A DNA stretch of 32,000 nucleotides from Opitutales bacterium. Lineage in GTDB: Bacteria; Verrucomicrobiota; Verrucomicrobiia; Opitutales; Coraliomargaritaceae. Positions within the stretch are counted from its first letter, which is position 1. Each line of letters begins with the position of its first letter. Of this stretch, positions 1 through 12,279 are shown one piece after another. Where the stretch lies: the NCBI GenBank assembly GCA_049606355.1, contig JBMYVL010000007.1, positions 91,723 to 123,722 on the forward strand, given 5' to 3'. Position numbers and translations under genes: made by a program. The notes below the pieces were generated by a model. The model worked only from the letters and a program-made list of their open reading frames with translations. It was not told the origin of the DNA and searched no databases.

Positions 1-855
1 CGCCCAGCCCGTTTCCTTGATCCGCGAGATATCGGTCAATTTGCGCGGCGTCCCATCCGGTTTACTGGTATCAAAAGTGATCGCCCCCTCGTAACCGACC
101 GCATCACTTACTAGCTGCGCCAAATCACCAATGGAAATATCTGTCCCGCAGCCGAGATTGACCCAATCGGGTGGATTTTCCAGACGGAGTAAATGGAGGA
201 TGCCAGCCGCCGCATCATCGGCATGCAGAAACTCTCGCAACGGTGTACCGGTTCCCCAAATCGCAACTTCCGGCACTTGATTGAGCTTTGCTTCATGGAA
301 ACGACGAATCAAAGCAGGCAATACGTGTGAATTCTGTGGATGGTAATTATCACCGGGGCCATAGAGATTGGTCGGCATCGCAGAATGATAACACACTCCA
401 TACTGCTGACGATAATACTGGCAAAGTTTGAGCCCGGCGATTTTGGCGATGGCATACGCCTCGTTGGTCGGTTCAAGGGCACTGGTAAGTAAGGACTCCT
501 CCTTGATTGGCTGCTCAGCAAACTTGGGGTAGATACAAGTACTCCCTAAAAACATCAAACGCTTCACCCCGGCTCGGTAAGCACCTTCGATTGCATTGGC
601 AGCAATCATCATGTTCTGATAAATAAAATCTGCCGGGTAGGTACTATTTGCATGAATTCCACCGACTTTGGCGGCGGCAATGACCACATTATCGGGACGT
701 TGCTCCGCTAGGTAAGCATGCGTTTGCGCCTGATCCATCAAATTCAGATCTCGACTGGTCGGCTGCAGGATCTCACCAAAGCCAGACTCTTTCGCTGCCC
801 GCACCAGTGCGGAACCGACCATGCCGCTGGCTCCTAAAACTAGAAGTTTCTTCAT
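1..855 (-). CDS. fcl: GDP-L-fucose synthase (GDP-4-keto-6-deoxymannose epimerase/reductase); C-terminal end cut by the window edge
   Basis: Absent from the ORF track because no stop lies inside the window. I checked every in-frame triplet from the ATG at 855-853 down to base 1 and found no stop. Translation: [25 protein letters not shown]...[25 protein letters not shown]...[18 protein letters not shown].... It has a GxxGxxG Rossmann N-terminus and an SDR YxxxK motif (YAIAK). It lies 21 nt downstream of gmd in the same frame and orientation. Confidence 0.9.
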   Translation of the reverse strand, partial: MKKLLVLGASGMVGSALVRAAKESGFGEILQPTSRDLNLMDQAQTHAYLAEQRPDNVVIAAAKVGGIHANSTYPADFIYQNMMIAANAIEGAYRAGVKRLMFLGSTCIYPKFAEQPIKEESLLTSALEPTNEAYAIAKIAGLKLCQYYRQQYGVCYHSAMPTNLYGPGDNYHPQNSHVLPALIRRFHEAKLNQVPEVAIWGTGTPLREFLHADDAAAGILHLLRLENPPDWVNLGCGTDISIGDLAQLVSDAVGYEGAITFDTSKPDGTPRKLTDISRIKETGWA

Positions 856-876
856 CGTGCGTAAAAACTCCAGGAA

Positions 877-2001
877 TCAGGACTCGATTGCAACAGAGAC
901 GTCATAACCATGCGACTTGAGCAGCGCATGACGCTTTGCGATGTCCAGGTCGTTCGCCACCATCTCGGCACACATCTCCTCAACAGTAATCTCCGGCTCC
1001 CAACCGAGCTTCTGCTTCGCCTTAGAGGGATCGCCAAGCAAGGTCTCAACTTCTGCCGGTCGGAAGTAACGCGGATCCACTCTGACGATTACGTCACCAA
1101 CGCTGACCGATGGAGCCTTCGCTGGATCCACCGAAGTAACCGTCGCAATTTCATCCACTCCAGTACCAGAAAACTCAAGCTCTATGCCCGCTTCGCGGGC
1201 CGACATTGTCACAAACTCACGCACCGAAATCTGCTTGCCGGTAGCAATGACAAAGTCCTCAGCGGCTTCTTGCTGCAACATCATCCACTGCATGCGCACA
1301 TAATCTTTCGCATGACCCCAGTCACGCAAGGCATCCATGTTGCCCAAATAGAGGCAGGGTTCGAGACCTTGAGCGATGTTCGCAAGCCCGCGGGTGATCT
1401 TACGGGTCACAAAAGTCTCTCCACGACGCGGCGACTCGTGATTGAAAAGAATGCCGTTGCAGGCATAGATACCATAGGACTCACGATAATTAACCGTGAT
1501 CCAATAGGCATACATCTTGGCCGCCGCATACGGGGAGCGGGGATAAAACGGCGTGGTCTCACGTTGAGGGATTTCTTGCACTTCACCGTACAGTTCGGAG
1601 GTGGATGCTTGATAAAATTTCGTCTTCTTTTCCAGACCTAGAAAACGAATGGCTTCCAGTAAGCGCAGCGTTCCGATCGCATCAACATCTGCAGTGTACT
1701 CAGGAGACTCAAACGACACAGCCACATGCGACTGCGCGCCCAAATTATAGATTTCATCCGGTTGGACCTCACTAATGATACGCGTCAGGTTCGAGGTATC
1801 AGTCAGATCACCATAATGGAGGTGGAACCGGGCGTTCTCAATATGTGGATCCTGATAAATGTGATCCACCCGTTGCGTATTTAATGAAGATGCCCGGCGC
1901 TTTATACCGTGCACCTCATATCCTTTTTCTAACAAAAATTCTGCGAGATAAGATCCATCTTGTCCGGTCACTCCCGTGATCAGTGCTTTTTTCATAGTCA
2001 T
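877..2001 (-). CDS. gmd: GDP-mannose 4,6-dehydratase
   Basis: Track ORF of 374 aa. N-terminus (MT)[30 protein letters not shown]. YxxxK motif in [29 protein letters not shown] is typical of Gmd. Alternative ATG at 1995. Confidence 0.95.
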   Translation of the reverse strand: MTMKKALITGVTGQDGSYLAEFLLEKGYEVHGIKRRASSLNTQRVDHIYQDPHIENARFHLHYGDLTDTSNLTRIISEVQPDEIYNLGAQSHVAVSFESPEYTADVDAIGTLRLLEAIRFLGLEKKTKFYQASTSELYGEVQEIPQRETTPFYPRSPYAAAKMYAYWITVNYRESYGIYACNGILFNHESPRRGETFVTRKITRGLANIAQGLEPCLYLGNMDALRDWGHAKDYVRMQWMMLQQEAAEDFVIATGKQISVREFVTMSAREAGIELEFSGTGVDEIATVTSVDPAKAPSVSVGDVIVRVDPRYFRPAEVETLLGDPSKAKQKLGWEPEITVEEMCAEMVANDLDIAKRHALLKSHGYDVSVAIES

Positions 2002-2074
2002 TTAGATTGGTAGATTGAGTAGCAGAAGAGCCACTTGCACCCGTTGTTCGAAGTTCAGTAAAGCTATCAGAGGA

Positions 2075-2293
2075 TCATCTCGCCGGTAGGCACAGCCAAA
2101 GTAAAGCGAGCGTACCCAGTATTGAAAAGAGCACTGGCCACAGGAAGCACCACAACCGCTGAATGCGTTCAAGTCGTGCGCTGCGACGCAACCATGCGCA
2201 CTCGTCAGCTCTCGGGTCGGTGCTCAAACGCGCCTTGCTGCGTCGTCCAGTTCCAAAGCGTGGCCGTGATTCATGCTGTACATTCAAATTCAT
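2075..2293 (-). CDS. Hypothetical 72-aa protein with a basic N-terminus and one C-terminal hydrophobic helix; doubtful
   Basis: It is the only minus-strand ORF of 60 aa or more in the 638-nt gap upstream of gmd. It is bounded by a TAA immediately upstream of its ATG. The composition is Arg-rich and typical of chance ORFs. I recognise no motif. Confidence 0.2.
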   Translation of the reverse strand: MNLNVQHESRPRFGTGRRSKARLSTDPRADECAWLRRSARLERIQRLWCFLWPVLFSILGTLALLWLCLPAR

Positions 2294-2639
2294 TTTTTAA
2301 AAGAGGCGCCGTAGCCGCCGATCGATTCACGGCACAACCAGCGAAGGGCACTACCCTTGCCAGTTGAGCCGCAGTGCTGCGAATACTCATGAATCATCAG
2401 CGAGTGGAAAAGATAACGGGTCGCGCCTATCTTTCAGTTTCTACCTTATGGGCAGTAAGGCTTAAACCCTGTAGTCCAATCTACATTGAGACTTACCTAT
2501 TTTTAACAATGACGCCGTATCGGCTGGCGCGCAGCTGGATTTGCTGCCTCGATTTGCGGATCACCTCCATTCATGTAGGCGCACATAACCCTAGCTTAAA
2601 TTTGACAAGCGCTCTGCTCTGCAGCTTCTATACTACCCT

Positions 2640-3707
2640 ATGTCTCAAAAAGGTGTCCTATTGCTCAATCTCGGCTCCCCAGACTCCACGCAAGTCAGTG
2701 ATGTGCGTCGTTATCTAGGGGAATTTCTCATGGATGAGCGCGTCATCGATGTCGCTAAACCCATTCGCTGGTTTCTGGTCAATTGCTTGATCTTACCGCG
2801 GCGCCCGAAGGAGTCTGCCGAAGCCTACGCAAGTATTTGGACGGACGAAGGCTCACCGCTGATTCTAACTTCGCGGGAGCAGCAGGCAGCACTGGCAGCT
2901 GCAATCGACATTCCGGTGAGCCTCGGGATGCGTTATGGGAATCCCAGCACGGAAGCAGCCCTACGCGAGTTGCTGGATCAAAACGTGGATGATCTGTTCA
3001 TTGTGCCCATGTACCCGCACTATGCGATGTCCAGTTACGAAACCGCTGTCGTGCACCTCATGAAGTCAGTTCGCAAGCTGGCTCCCGACATGCGCACCAC
3101 GCTCATGCCACCCTTTTATCAAGAGCCCGGATATATCGACGCCTTGGTCGAATCGGCACGCCCGTCACTGGAATCCGAAGCTTTCGACAAATTAATTTTC
3201 TCTTTTCATGGCATTCCCCAGCGTCACCTCGTGAAAGGCGACCCTTCACACGAGCATTGCATGACGACCCCCGACTGCTGTAACACCTGCCATCCGGCGC
3301 ATGCCACCTGCTACCGCCATCAATGTGTCATGACAGTAGAGAAATTTGTCGCGGCCCTGAATTTGCCGAAAGATAAATACATGGTCACCTTTCAATCCCG
3401 ACTCGGTCGCGAACCATGGCTACAGCCTTACACCGACCAGACACTCGAAGCACTTCCAGAGCAAGGCATCAAGAAGGTTAAAATCATGTGCCCGGCATTC
3501 ACCGCCGACTGTTTGGAAACCTTGGAAGAAATTGCCGGCGAGGGTAAAGAAATCTTCATGGAAGCAGGCGGCGAGTCGTATGAACAAATCCCCTGCCTCA
3601 ATGCACAGCCCAAATTCATTGAATATTTAGCTGATTGTGTGCGCGACTGGCAAAACGGAGCCTATCAAACCGCTCGGGCCACGGAGCCGGCGTACGTAGC
3701 TCAATAA
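2640..3707 (+). CDS. hemH: Ferrochelatase (protoporphyrin/coproporphyrin ferrochelatase) with an internal Cys-rich insertion
   Basis: Canonical N-terminus [26 protein letters not shown] contains the catalytic His region. [21 protein letters not shown] is also typical. Insertion [26 protein letters not shown] spans residues 204-229. Confidence 0.93.
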   Translation: MSQKGVLLLNLGSPDSTQVSDVRRYLGEFLMDERVIDVAKPIRWFLVNCLILPRRPKESAEAYASIWTDEGSPLILTSREQQAALAAAIDIPVSLGMRYGNPSTEAALRELLDQNVDDLFIVPMYPHYAMSSYETAVVHLMKSVRKLAPDMRTTLMPPFYQEPGYIDALVESARPSLESEAFDKLIFSFHGIPQRHLVKGDPSHEHCMTTPDCCNTCHPAHATCYRHQCVMTVEKFVAALNLPKDKYMVTFQSRLGREPWLQPYTDQTLEALPEQGIKKVKIMCPAFTADCLETLEEIAGEGKEIFMEAGGESYEQIPCLNAQPKFIEYLADCVRDWQNGAYQTARATEPAYVAQ

Positions 3708-3801
3708 ATCCACAGACGATTCAACGGTGATCGCTGCATCAATAACGGGGCGCCTTTATAAAACCTGCGCCGTATTATATCCCACAACAGAAAGCTGACT
3801 T

Positions 3802-4656
3802 ATGTTTGAGGGAATTGCCTTAACGGATCGCGGTGCGCTCGCAGTCGGTGCCTGTATTTACCTGAGCGCTTTTTTGTTTGGCTTGATAAGCCTGCAATTA
3901 CGGAAGCATTACTCGCGTACGATTGTCTTAGGGCTGATTGCTGGCGGCTTTGCCCTGCAAACGGTTGGACTCAATCTACGTGGCATCAACGTCGGCGGAT
4001 GCCCACTGGGGAATTCCTTCGAGCTCACCCAATTCATCGGTTGGTCCGTTGTCTTACTGTATTTAATCATTGGTCCAATCTTCCGCCTGCGCCTGCTTGG
4101 GTTCTTCTGTGCCGGACTGGCGACGCTCCTCTCTGCAGTATCGCTTATGATCCCGTCATGGGATCAGGCCTACCCAATCAATCCCGCAGGTGGCAACCCA
4201 TGGGTCGAGCTCCATGCGGCTCTGGCTATCTTTAGTTACGGATTCTTTGCCATGGTTGCCTTGGTTTCGATTATGTTCCTGATCCAACAACACGGACTCA
4301 AGAAGAAGCAAACGGGCAGCATCTATCACTATTTACCATCGATCCAACAACTCGATCAGATGGGCTACCGACTGATTCTCGCCGGTGTCCTCTGCCTGAC
4401 TGCCGCACTCGCTTTCGGCGCAGTGTTTTATGCAGGAAACAAGGAGTTGGTACCCGTCTTCAAGCTCACGGTCACCTGCCTGGTTTGGATCGGCTACAGC
4501 AGCGTCGCGATTCTTCGGCAGCAGCGTAAACTGGTGACACGTCGTCATGCGCTCAGCGCGATCGCTCTCTTTGCCTTCGCCCTGCTGTCACTCTGGCCGA
4601 TTCAATCGGCAAGCTCGCAACAGGATGCCCCCACGACTGCTCCCCGACAAGAATGA
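3802..4656 (+). CDS. Polytopic membrane protein of the cytochrome c assembly (CcsA-like) superfamily, HemX/YpjD type
   Basis: 284 aa with about 8 hydrophobic segments. [25 protein letters not shown] and [23 protein letters not shown] resemble the YpjD / B. subtilis HemX type. No W-rich WWD heme-handling motif. Its stop overlaps the hemA start (ATGA at 4653-4656). Confidence 0.65.
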   Translation: MFEGIALTDRGALAVGACIYLSAFLFGLISLQLRKHYSRTIVLGLIAGGFALQTVGLNLRGINVGGCPLGNSFELTQFIGWSVVLLYLIIGPIFRLRLLGFFCAGLATLLSAVSLMIPSWDQAYPINPAGGNPWVELHAALAIFSYGFFAMVALVSIMFLIQQHGLKKKQTGSIYHYLPSIQQLDQMGYRLILAGVLCLTAALAFGAVFYAGNKELVPVFKLTVTCLVWIGYSSVAILRQQRKLVTRRHALSAIALFAFALLSLWPIQSASSQQDAPTTAPRQE

Positions 4657-5699
4657 GTTTCGATGCCCTCCAGTCACTGTTTGTGATCGGTTGCTCGCAT
4701 CACCAAACACCGCTCGAAGTACGCGAACGCCTCGCTCTGAGTAAGGCAGAGATTTCTGAGCTACAGGATACGATCAAAACTGTACCGGGCATTCGCGAAT
4801 GTTTGGTATTGGGTACTTGTAATCGCTTCGAAATTTATGGCATCGCCGACGCTCCGAGTATCGCAGCGCACATCTGCGAACACTTGTGTCAGCATCGTAA
4901 GATCGACGCCGAAATCTTCAGTCACTACAGCTATCAAGTCAGCAATCTCGAAGTCTTACAACATGCCTTTGAGGTCGCGAGTGGGCTCGACTCGCAAATG
5001 ATTGGTGAGACTGAAATCTTGGGGCAAATGAAAGATGCCTATGCCGCAGCCAAGGCAGCGAACTGTACAGGGGTAATTCTCAATCGCCTCTTCGAAAAGA
5101 GTTTTCAAGCAGCGAAAGCTGCGCGCACGCAAACGAATATCACCAAAGGCCAAGTGAGTGTTGGTAATGTGGCAGTCGATTTAGCAGGGCGTATTTTCGG
5201 CACGCTCAGCCGCAGTCGAGTCCTCCTCCTCGGCTCCGGTGAAGTCGGCGAACTCACCGCGCAAGCCTTGAAAAGCCGTGGCGTAACGGACATCACCGTG
5301 AGTAGTCGTACGTTTGCGCATGCTCAAGGTCTGGCCGAAAAGTTCGATGGTAAGGCCCTCCCCTTCGAGGATTTTGCAGCGCAATTGGAGCAGTTCGACA
5401 TCATCATCAGTTCCACTGCGGCTCCCGGAAGTATTCTCAGCCCAGACACAATCGAAGCGACACTGAAGCCTCGTCCGGAACGGCCTTTCTTTTTGATCGA
5501 TTTGGCGATGCCCCGTGACATCGACCCCGCTGTGGAACGTATCGAAAACGTCTACCTCTACAATCTGGATGATCTATCCGCCATCGCTAACCAGAACCTG
5601 GCACAGCGCAAGGGTGAGATCACTAAAGCTCGGAAGCTCCTAAAGGCTCAGGCATGGTTATTATGGCTACAATTACGCCGGCGAACCCTAGCCAAATGA
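4653..5699 (+). CDS. hemA: Glutamyl-tRNA reductase (short form, 348 aa)
   Basis: [10 protein letters not shown] contains the catalytic Cys. [21 protein letters not shown] is typical. The NADPH-binding loop is [17 protein letters not shown]. The protein ends shortly after the NADPH domain. Confidence 0.9.
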   Translation: MSFDALQSLFVIGCSHHQTPLEVRERLALSKAEISELQDTIKTVPGIRECLVLGTCNRFEIYGIADAPSIAAHICEHLCQHRKIDAEIFSHYSYQVSNLEVLQHAFEVASGLDSQMIGETEILGQMKDAYAAAKAANCTGVILNRLFEKSFQAAKAARTQTNITKGQVSVGNVAVDLAGRIFGTLSRSRVLLLGSGEVGELTAQALKSRGVTDITVSSRTFAHAQGLAEKFDGKALPFEDFAAQLEQFDIIISSTAAPGSILSPDTIEATLKPRPERPFFLIDLAMPRDIDPAVERIENVYLYNLDDLSAIANQNLAQRKGEITKARKLLKAQAWLLWLQLRRRTLAK

Positions 5700-5737
5700 G
5701 CCTTACGGAAGCGCAATCGAAATGCACGATGAGCACT

Positions 5738-6961
5738 TCACTGCCCCTCCAGCAGTCGAGTGCGCCGATGCTTCTGTGGGAATTGTAGGGTAATTACAGT
5801 ACCCGTACCTTGGCTCGATTCGATTCCAATCTGACCGCCGTGGTCCCGCATGATGCGTTGCACAATCATCATCCCAAGCCCATGGCCACCCTTCTTCGTG
5901 CTATGATAGGCTTGAAACACTTTGGAAAGGTCTTCACCCGAGATGCCGCAGCCGGTATCGATAAACTGCAAATACACATATTCATCATCGCAACGGGTAT
6001 GGATACTCAGTTTGCCACCCGCCTGCATCGCTTCCATCGCATTTTTGACGATATTAAAAAAGACCTGCTTGAGTTGACCGCGGTCACCCAAGATTGGCGG
6101 CATGGCCTCCGGAACCTCAACATTGACGTCAAGTTGGCGATCGATGAGTTCGGCTTCCTGTACGCGCAAGACATCTTCAACTAATTCGATGAGGTCGAGT
6201 TCGTTGAGCTCCGGTTGCTGCGGTCGCACCGCTTCAAGGAAGTGAGTGATAATTCCGTCCAGACGTTTCACTTCGCCTTGGCACACTTGGATCGATTCGG
6301 CCAATTGAGTACTTTCTTCACCTAAGCCAAGCTTCTTTAATTTACGCTCAATCAGCTGCAGATGAATGGTTAGAGAGTTCAAGGGGTTACCCAATTCGTG
6401 TGCCACCCCTGCCGCCAGACGAACAATAGAACCGGTTCGTTCGCTCTCCAATAATTCCTGCATCGAAACCTTATCTTCGGTCACATCCGAGAGGACGACG
6501 ACATACCCACCACTATCACTCTGAGAGACCTGCGCATCAATGGGCACCATGTACAAACGAACATAACGATGCTCGGGGTACGATAGTTCCAGCTCACGGG
6601 TGAGCACGGGTGAGCGCGCAGCCGATTGCGGGTCGATCGAGCGCGCTAAATCCGGGACCATCTTCCACAATCGCACCACGCCGATATCATTCTGCTTCAG
6701 TCCGATAATCCCTCGCGCAGCATCATTTGCGTATTGCACGATACCTTCACTATCAATGACAAGAATCCCATCTTGAATGGTATTGAAAACGGTTTCCTGC
6801 AATTTGCGCTCGCGCGCTAATCGCTGCACCAAAATCCCCAGATTCACCGAATCGAGATCTTCGATTCGACCGAGGATTTTATCGAGGCCGATGTTCTTCA
6901 TGTGGATAAGCTGAGGCGAATCGTTAAGGAGTTCGATAAAATTGAGGCCCTCACGCGCCAT
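5738..6961 (-). CDS. Soluble PAS-domain sensor histidine kinase (HisKA + HATPase_c)
   Basis: H-box [16 protein letters not shown]-box [13 protein letters not shown]1 IDTGCGI, G2 [16 protein letters not shown]-like segment [24 protein letters not shown]. No transmembrane segment. The track start at 6967 is TTG, so I prefer the ATG at 6961 (MAREGLNF). Confidence 0.85.
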   Translation of the reverse strand: MAREGLNFIELLNDSPQLIHMKNIGLDKILGRIEDLDSVNLGILVQRLARERKLQETVFNTIQDGILVIDSEGIVQYANDAARGIIGLKQNDIGVVRLWKMVPDLARSIDPQSAARSPVLTRELELSYPEHRYVRLYMVPIDAQVSQSDSGGYVVVLSDVTEDKVSMQELLESERTGSIVRLAAGVAHELGNPLNSLTIHLQLIERKLKKLGLGEESTQLAESIQVCQGEVKRLDGIITHFLEAVRPQQPELNELDLIELVEDVLRVQEAELIDRQLDVNVEVPEAMPPILGDRGQLKQVFFNIVKNAMEAMQAGGKLSIHTRCDDEYVYLQFIDTGCGISGEDLSKVFQAYHSTKKGGHGLGMMIVQRIMRDHGGQIGIESSQGTGTVITLQFPQKHRRTRLLEGQ

Positions 6962-7000
6962 CCTCAAGTGCTAAGAATGGATGCACGTCACGCAAACTTC

Positions 7001-7648
7001 TCACAACGCTGCACTCAACAATTGAATCAGGTCTTGAGCAATCTGCTGTTTGCTCGCTGGACCCAAGCGATGCGTACTGCCATCTGCGCCGAGCACCCAA
7101 ACTTCATTCGTGTCCGCTGCAAAACCGACACCCGCCTTGGAAACATCATTGGCGACCATCCAATCGCAACGCTTGTCGATCAGCTTGCCACGCGCATAGG
7201 CCTCAACCGAATCCGTTTCAGCAGCAAATCCGACGACTCTTTGCTGGGCTTTGCGCACGGTTACGGTTTTGAGAATATCAATCGTCGGCTCTAAATCGAT
7301 TGTCAGTGAGGCCGCATTTTTCTTCTCTTTCTGCGCGTGCACTTGCTTGGGTCGAAAATCGCTGACCGCAGCCGTCATGATCAAAAGATCGCAGGCATCA
7401 AAAAGCGCATCCACTTGCTGATACATTTCCTCCGCGCTCACGACTGGGTACAAAACGCAACCCGATGGTTCGGTTAAGGTAACTGGGCCGGCGACTAAAT
7501 CTACCGTCCAGCCGGCTGCCACGGCGGCTTCAGCCAACGCGAAGCCCATTTTTCCGGTTGATGGATTGCTCAGATAGCGCACCGGATCAATAAATTCACG
7601 GGTGGGCCCAGCGGTGATCAAACAACGAATAGAGCTTGCATTCGACAT
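7001..7648 (-). CDS. coaB: Phosphopantothenate-cysteine ligase, stand-alone CoaB domain (no CoaC decarboxylase half)
   Basis: 215 aa. [40 protein letters not shown] and VVGFAAET match the C-terminal (CoaB) half of bifunctional Dfp/CoaBC. No flavoprotein half is fused or adjacent. Confidence 0.85.
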   Translation of the reverse strand: MSNASSIRCLITAGPTREFIDPVRYLSNPSTGKMGFALAEAAVAAGWTVDLVAGPVTLTEPSGCVLYPVVSAEEMYQQVDALFDACDLLIMTAAVSDFRPKQVHAQKEKKNAASLTIDLEPTIDILKTVTVRKAQQRVVGFAAETDSVEAYARGKLIDKRCDWMVANDVSKAGVGFAADTNEVWVLGADGSTHRLGPASKQQIAQDLIQLLSAAL

Positions 7649-7673
7649 AAGTTACCAGAGCTTAAGCAGACTG

Positions 7674-8456
7674 ATGTCAAAACAGCAACCCAGCAGCGCT
7701 ATGGACGCACAGATTTCCACCGAAAGCCCCAAACCGGTCGTGCGTGAGAACATGCTTCTCAACTTGGGGTTTAATCTCTTCATACCGATCCTTATTTTAA
7801 ACAAGGGGACGAAGTGGTTTGGCACCGCCCTCGAACCATACTTTGAGAACGTAGCGGTACCGATCTTGGTCATCGCACTGGCATTCCCGATCATTTACTT
7901 CGGCTACGACTACTACAAGCGCGCCAAGTACAATTTCATATCGGTTGTCGGCCTCGTCAGCGTACTCCTCACCGGCGGTATCGGCATCCTCAATATCCCT
8001 ACCGAGTGGTTCGCAGTCAAAGAGGCACTGATTCCAGCTCTGATCGGGCTCGCTGTGATTATTTCGCTCAAAACACCCTACCCGCTCATCCGTAGCCTCG
8101 TCTTTAGCCCTGAGATCATGAACGTGGCTAAGGTGCAGCACGCCCTGCAACAGCATCAGAACGAACGAGCCTTTGATAAACTGCTGCAGCGTTGCACTTA
8201 TTTACTGGCCGGCTCGTTCCTAATCAGTGCGATCCTTAACTATGTCTTGGCTCGCTGGATTGTGGTTAGCCCAAGCGGCACCGATGCCTTCAACGCGGAG
8301 GTCAGCCGAATGATGGTCTGGAGTTGGCCCGTTATCGTCATCCCCAGCATGCTGATCATGTTCATTACCCTGTGGTTGCTACTTAAAGGCATCCACCGCA
8401 TGACCGGACTTAAACTCGAGGATGTACTGCAGAGTGCATCCGAAGCCGGGCAGTAA
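7674..8456 (+). CDS. Conserved polytopic inner-membrane protein of unknown function
   Basis: Several hydrophobic helices: [102 protein letters not shown]. The track start at 7602 is GTG and would overlap coaB. ATG candidates are at 7674, 7701 and 7755, so the start is uncertain. Confidence 0.7.
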   Translation: MSKQQPSSAMDAQISTESPKPVVRENMLLNLGFNLFIPILILNKGTKWFGTALEPYFENVAVPILVIALAFPIIYFGYDYYKRAKYNFISVVGLVSVLLTGGIGILNIPTEWFAVKEALIPALIGLAVIISLKTPYPLIRSLVFSPEIMNVAKVQHALQQHQNERAFDKLLQRCTYLLAGSFLISAILNYVLARWIVVSPSGTDAFNAEVSRMMVWSWPVIVIPSMLIMFITLWLLLKGIHRMTGLKLEDVLQSASEAGQ

Positions 8457-8486
8457 GCCTAGCGAGAGCAGTCGCTCGGTACGCGA

Positions 8487-9779
8487 TTAGCGCGCGCTCA
8501 ACTTCGTATACTTACGCAAGTTGGCTCCGGTGTAGATTTGTCGCGGACGATGAATCCGACTCTTTGGGTTTTCGGCGATTTCTTTCCAGTTCGCAATCCA
8601 CCCCGGCATACGCCCAATGGCGAACATGACGGTAAACATTTCCAAGGGAATACCAATCGCCTTGAGAAGGATGCCACTGTAAAAATCGACGTTGGGATAG
8701 AGTTTCCGCTCTACAAAATAGTCATCTTCAAGCGCAGCTTGCTCCAAATGACGCGCAATTTTGAGCAATGGGTCTTCCGCCCCGATGCCACTCAGTACCT
8801 TCTCGACGGTTTTACCAAGAATCTTCGCACGCGGGTCGTAGTTCTTATAAACACGGTGACCGAAGCCCATCAGCTTCGCCTTTCCTTCTTTGGCATCCTG
8901 AATAAAGCGTGAACCATCATCACCCGAACGGTGTATGTCTTCGAGCATTTGAACGACCGCCATATTGGCGCCTCCATGAGATGGTCCCCACAGGGCACAG
9001 ACTCCGGCGGCAACCGATGCAAATAGATTGGCGCCGCCCGAAGCTACCATTCGGACGGTTGAGGTGGAGCAATTTTGCTCGTGGTCGGCATGCAGTAGTA
9101 AAAACAGGTCCAGAGCGTCACCCGCACCAGACGAATCCGCATAGGGGCTGTACGGCTCGGAGAACATCATGTGCAGGAAATTTTCTGCATAACGCCGCTT
9201 GTTGTCCGGATAGACAAAAGGTAAACCCATTTTCATGCGGTATGTCATTGCCGCAATGGTACGCACCTTAGAAATGAGCAAGGCAGCGGTTTCATCAAAA
9301 TGCGCCAGATCCTGTTCACGGTTATTCGACGACATTTCCGGATAATACGCGCCCAGCGAATTCAGCATTGAGGACAAGATTGCCATCGGGTGCGCATTAC
9401 TCGGGAAGCCATCAAAGTGATGATGCATTCCGGTGTGAATCGATGCGTTGTTAGAAACACGCGCACGAAATGCGTCGAGTTCAGTCGACTGCGGCAACTC
9501 ACCGTAAATAATCAAATGGGCCGTCTCGAGAAAACTCGAGTGCTCCGCCAGTTGCTCAATCGGATAGCCCCGGTGCCGGAGAATCCCCTGCTCCCCATCA
9601 ATAAAGCTTATTTCACTCAAGCAGGAGCCGGTATTGCCATAGCCCTCATCGAACGTGATATATCCACTTTTGCCGCGCAGCGAGCGCGTATCTAAAGCCA
9701 TCTCACCTTCAGTCCCAGCGATAACTGGGAACTCATAATTTTCGTCGTCGAGGCGAATTGTGCCGGTTTTATTTTCCAT
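8487..9779 (-). CDS. gltA: Citrate synthase (type II, about 430 aa)
   Basis: Signature [15 protein letters not shown]. Also [21 protein letters not shown] and the overall length. Confidence 0.95.
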   Translation of the reverse strand: MENKTGTIRLDDENYEFPVIAGTEGEMALDTRSLRGKSGYITFDEGYGNTGSCLSEISFIDGEQGILRHRGYPIEQLAEHSSFLETAHLIIYGELPQSTELDAFRARVSNNASIHTGMHHHFDGFPSNAHPMAILSSMLNSLGAYYPEMSSNNREQDLAHFDETAALLISKVRTIAAMTYRMKMGLPFVYPDNKRRYAENFLHMMFSEPYSPYADSSGAGDALDLFLLLHADHEQNCSTSTVRMVASGGANLFASVAAGVCALWGPSHGGANMAVVQMLEDIHRSGDDGSRFIQDAKEGKAKLMGFGHRVYKNYDPRAKILGKTVEKVLSGIGAEDPLLKIARHLEQAALEDDYFVERKLYPNVDFYSGILLKAIGIPLEMFTVMFAIGRMPGWIANWKEIAENPKSRIHRPRQIYTGANLRKYTKLSAR

Positions 9780-9837
9780 GATGGTTAGTAGTTCTCAAAC
9801 TGGCCCTCGAAGGCTCGGCTTCGTGTAGGACCTAGTT

Positions 9838-10476
9838 TTATAACGAATTCAGAAAGTTCCGATAAAGTTGCAACCCTTTTGCCTGACTTTTCTCTGGATG
9901 GAATTGCGTCGCATAACAATTCCCCGAGCGTATCCCGGAGACAAAGTTACCTCCATAGTCGGTTTCAAAAAGTGCCAGTGCTCGGTCGGCAGGATCGATG
10001 TAATAACTGTGTACAAAGTAAAATTGATCCTCTCCACTGCACAGTCCTTCAGTGAGAGGCGCGCCTGACTCAAAGCGAATCGCATTCCAACCCATGTGTG
10101 GAATTTTCAGCGCAGGATCGATGTCGAAACGCTTCACCGTACCGGCGAAAACCCCCAAGCCGGCCGTATCTCCTTCTTCGGAGTGCTCGAAAAGAGCCTG
10201 TAAGCCCAAACAGATTCCGAAGAAAGGTTTATCCGCAGCAATCCAATCACGTATGACTGCATCAAAACCGGTTTTTACTAATAACTGCATCGCATCAACG
10301 ATGGCGCCTTGCCCCGGAAAAATGAGTGCATCCACTCCATGGAGCTGATCCGGTTGATTGACAATCTGAGTATCGGCACCCACGTGCTGCCATGCCTTTA
10401 CGACAGAGCGCAAATTACCCATGCCATAATCGATGACGGCTAATTTGGGTCGAACGTCTGTTGCGCTATTTTTCAT
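9838..10476 (-). CDS. hisH: Imidazole glycerol phosphate synthase, glutamine amidotransferase subunit
   Basis: [12 protein letters not shown]. Nucleophile Cys in [19 protein letters not shown]. The ATG at 10476 (MKNSATD...) is preferred over the track start at 10524. Confidence 0.92.
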   Translation of the reverse strand: MKNSATDVRPKLAVIDYGMGNLRSVVKAWQHVGADTQIVNQPDQLHGVDALIFPGQGAIVDAMQLLVKTGFDAVIRDWIAADKPFFGICLGLQALFEHSEEGDTAGLGVFAGTVKRFDIDPALKIPHMGWNAIRFESGAPLTEGLCSGEDQFYFVHSYYIDPADRALALFETDYGGNFVSGIRSGNCYATQFHPEKSQAKGLQLYRNFLNSL

Positions 10477-10600
10477 GGGGAACGTAACAAGCTGGCAATA
10501 GATTGAATCAATGCAAGCCGACAAAGCGCATCGATCCGAAATGCCGAGATACGACCGGAAACTGCGGCGGTAGAGTTCCGGAAGCGAATGCCGTCCGCGA

Positions 10601-12276
<1,676 letters not shown>

Positions 12277-12279
12277 ACA

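Noticed and set aside
910-1641. 243-aa plus-strand ORF, plus the 852..1049 minus-strand ORF, overlapping gmd
   Set aside because: It lies entirely antisense or out of frame to a strongly supported gmd CDS. The composition is Arg/His/Leu-rich and low-complexity, with no motifs. This is the typical shadow ORF of a moderately GC-rich gene.
2556-2568. GCGGATCACCTCC, identical to the 3'-terminal anti-Shine-Dalgarno region of 16S rRNA (a perfect GGAGGTGATCC Shine-Dalgarno sequence on the minus strand)
   Set aside because: It is only a 13-nt match with no surrounding rRNA similarity. On the minus strand no start codon follows at a usable distance. I treat it as coincidence, though it lies in the unexplained 638-nt gap.
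2602-2634. TTGACA (2602-2607) and TATACT (2629-2634) just upstream of the hemH ATG, which would imply a leaderless hemH mRNA
   Set aside because: The spacer is 21 nt, too long for a canonical sigma-70 promoter. The promoter consensus for this lineage is unknown to me. There is not enough support to call it as a feature.
7602-7673. GTG start at 7602 for the membrane protein, which would overlap coaB by 47 nt head-to-head
   Set aside because: The extension ([24 protein letters not shown]) is simply antisense to the conserved coaB N-terminus. Downstream ATGs at 7674, 7701 and 7755 are more plausible. Even so, the divergent starts are very close, at 25-106 nt.
10477-10600. 124-nt gap inside the hisDCBH operon between hisB and hisH. 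I looked for a small ORF, an attenuator or an RNA.
   Set aside because: I found only a 7-codon ORF and one imperfect stem (CCGGAAC...GTTTCCGG). Nothing is distinctive.
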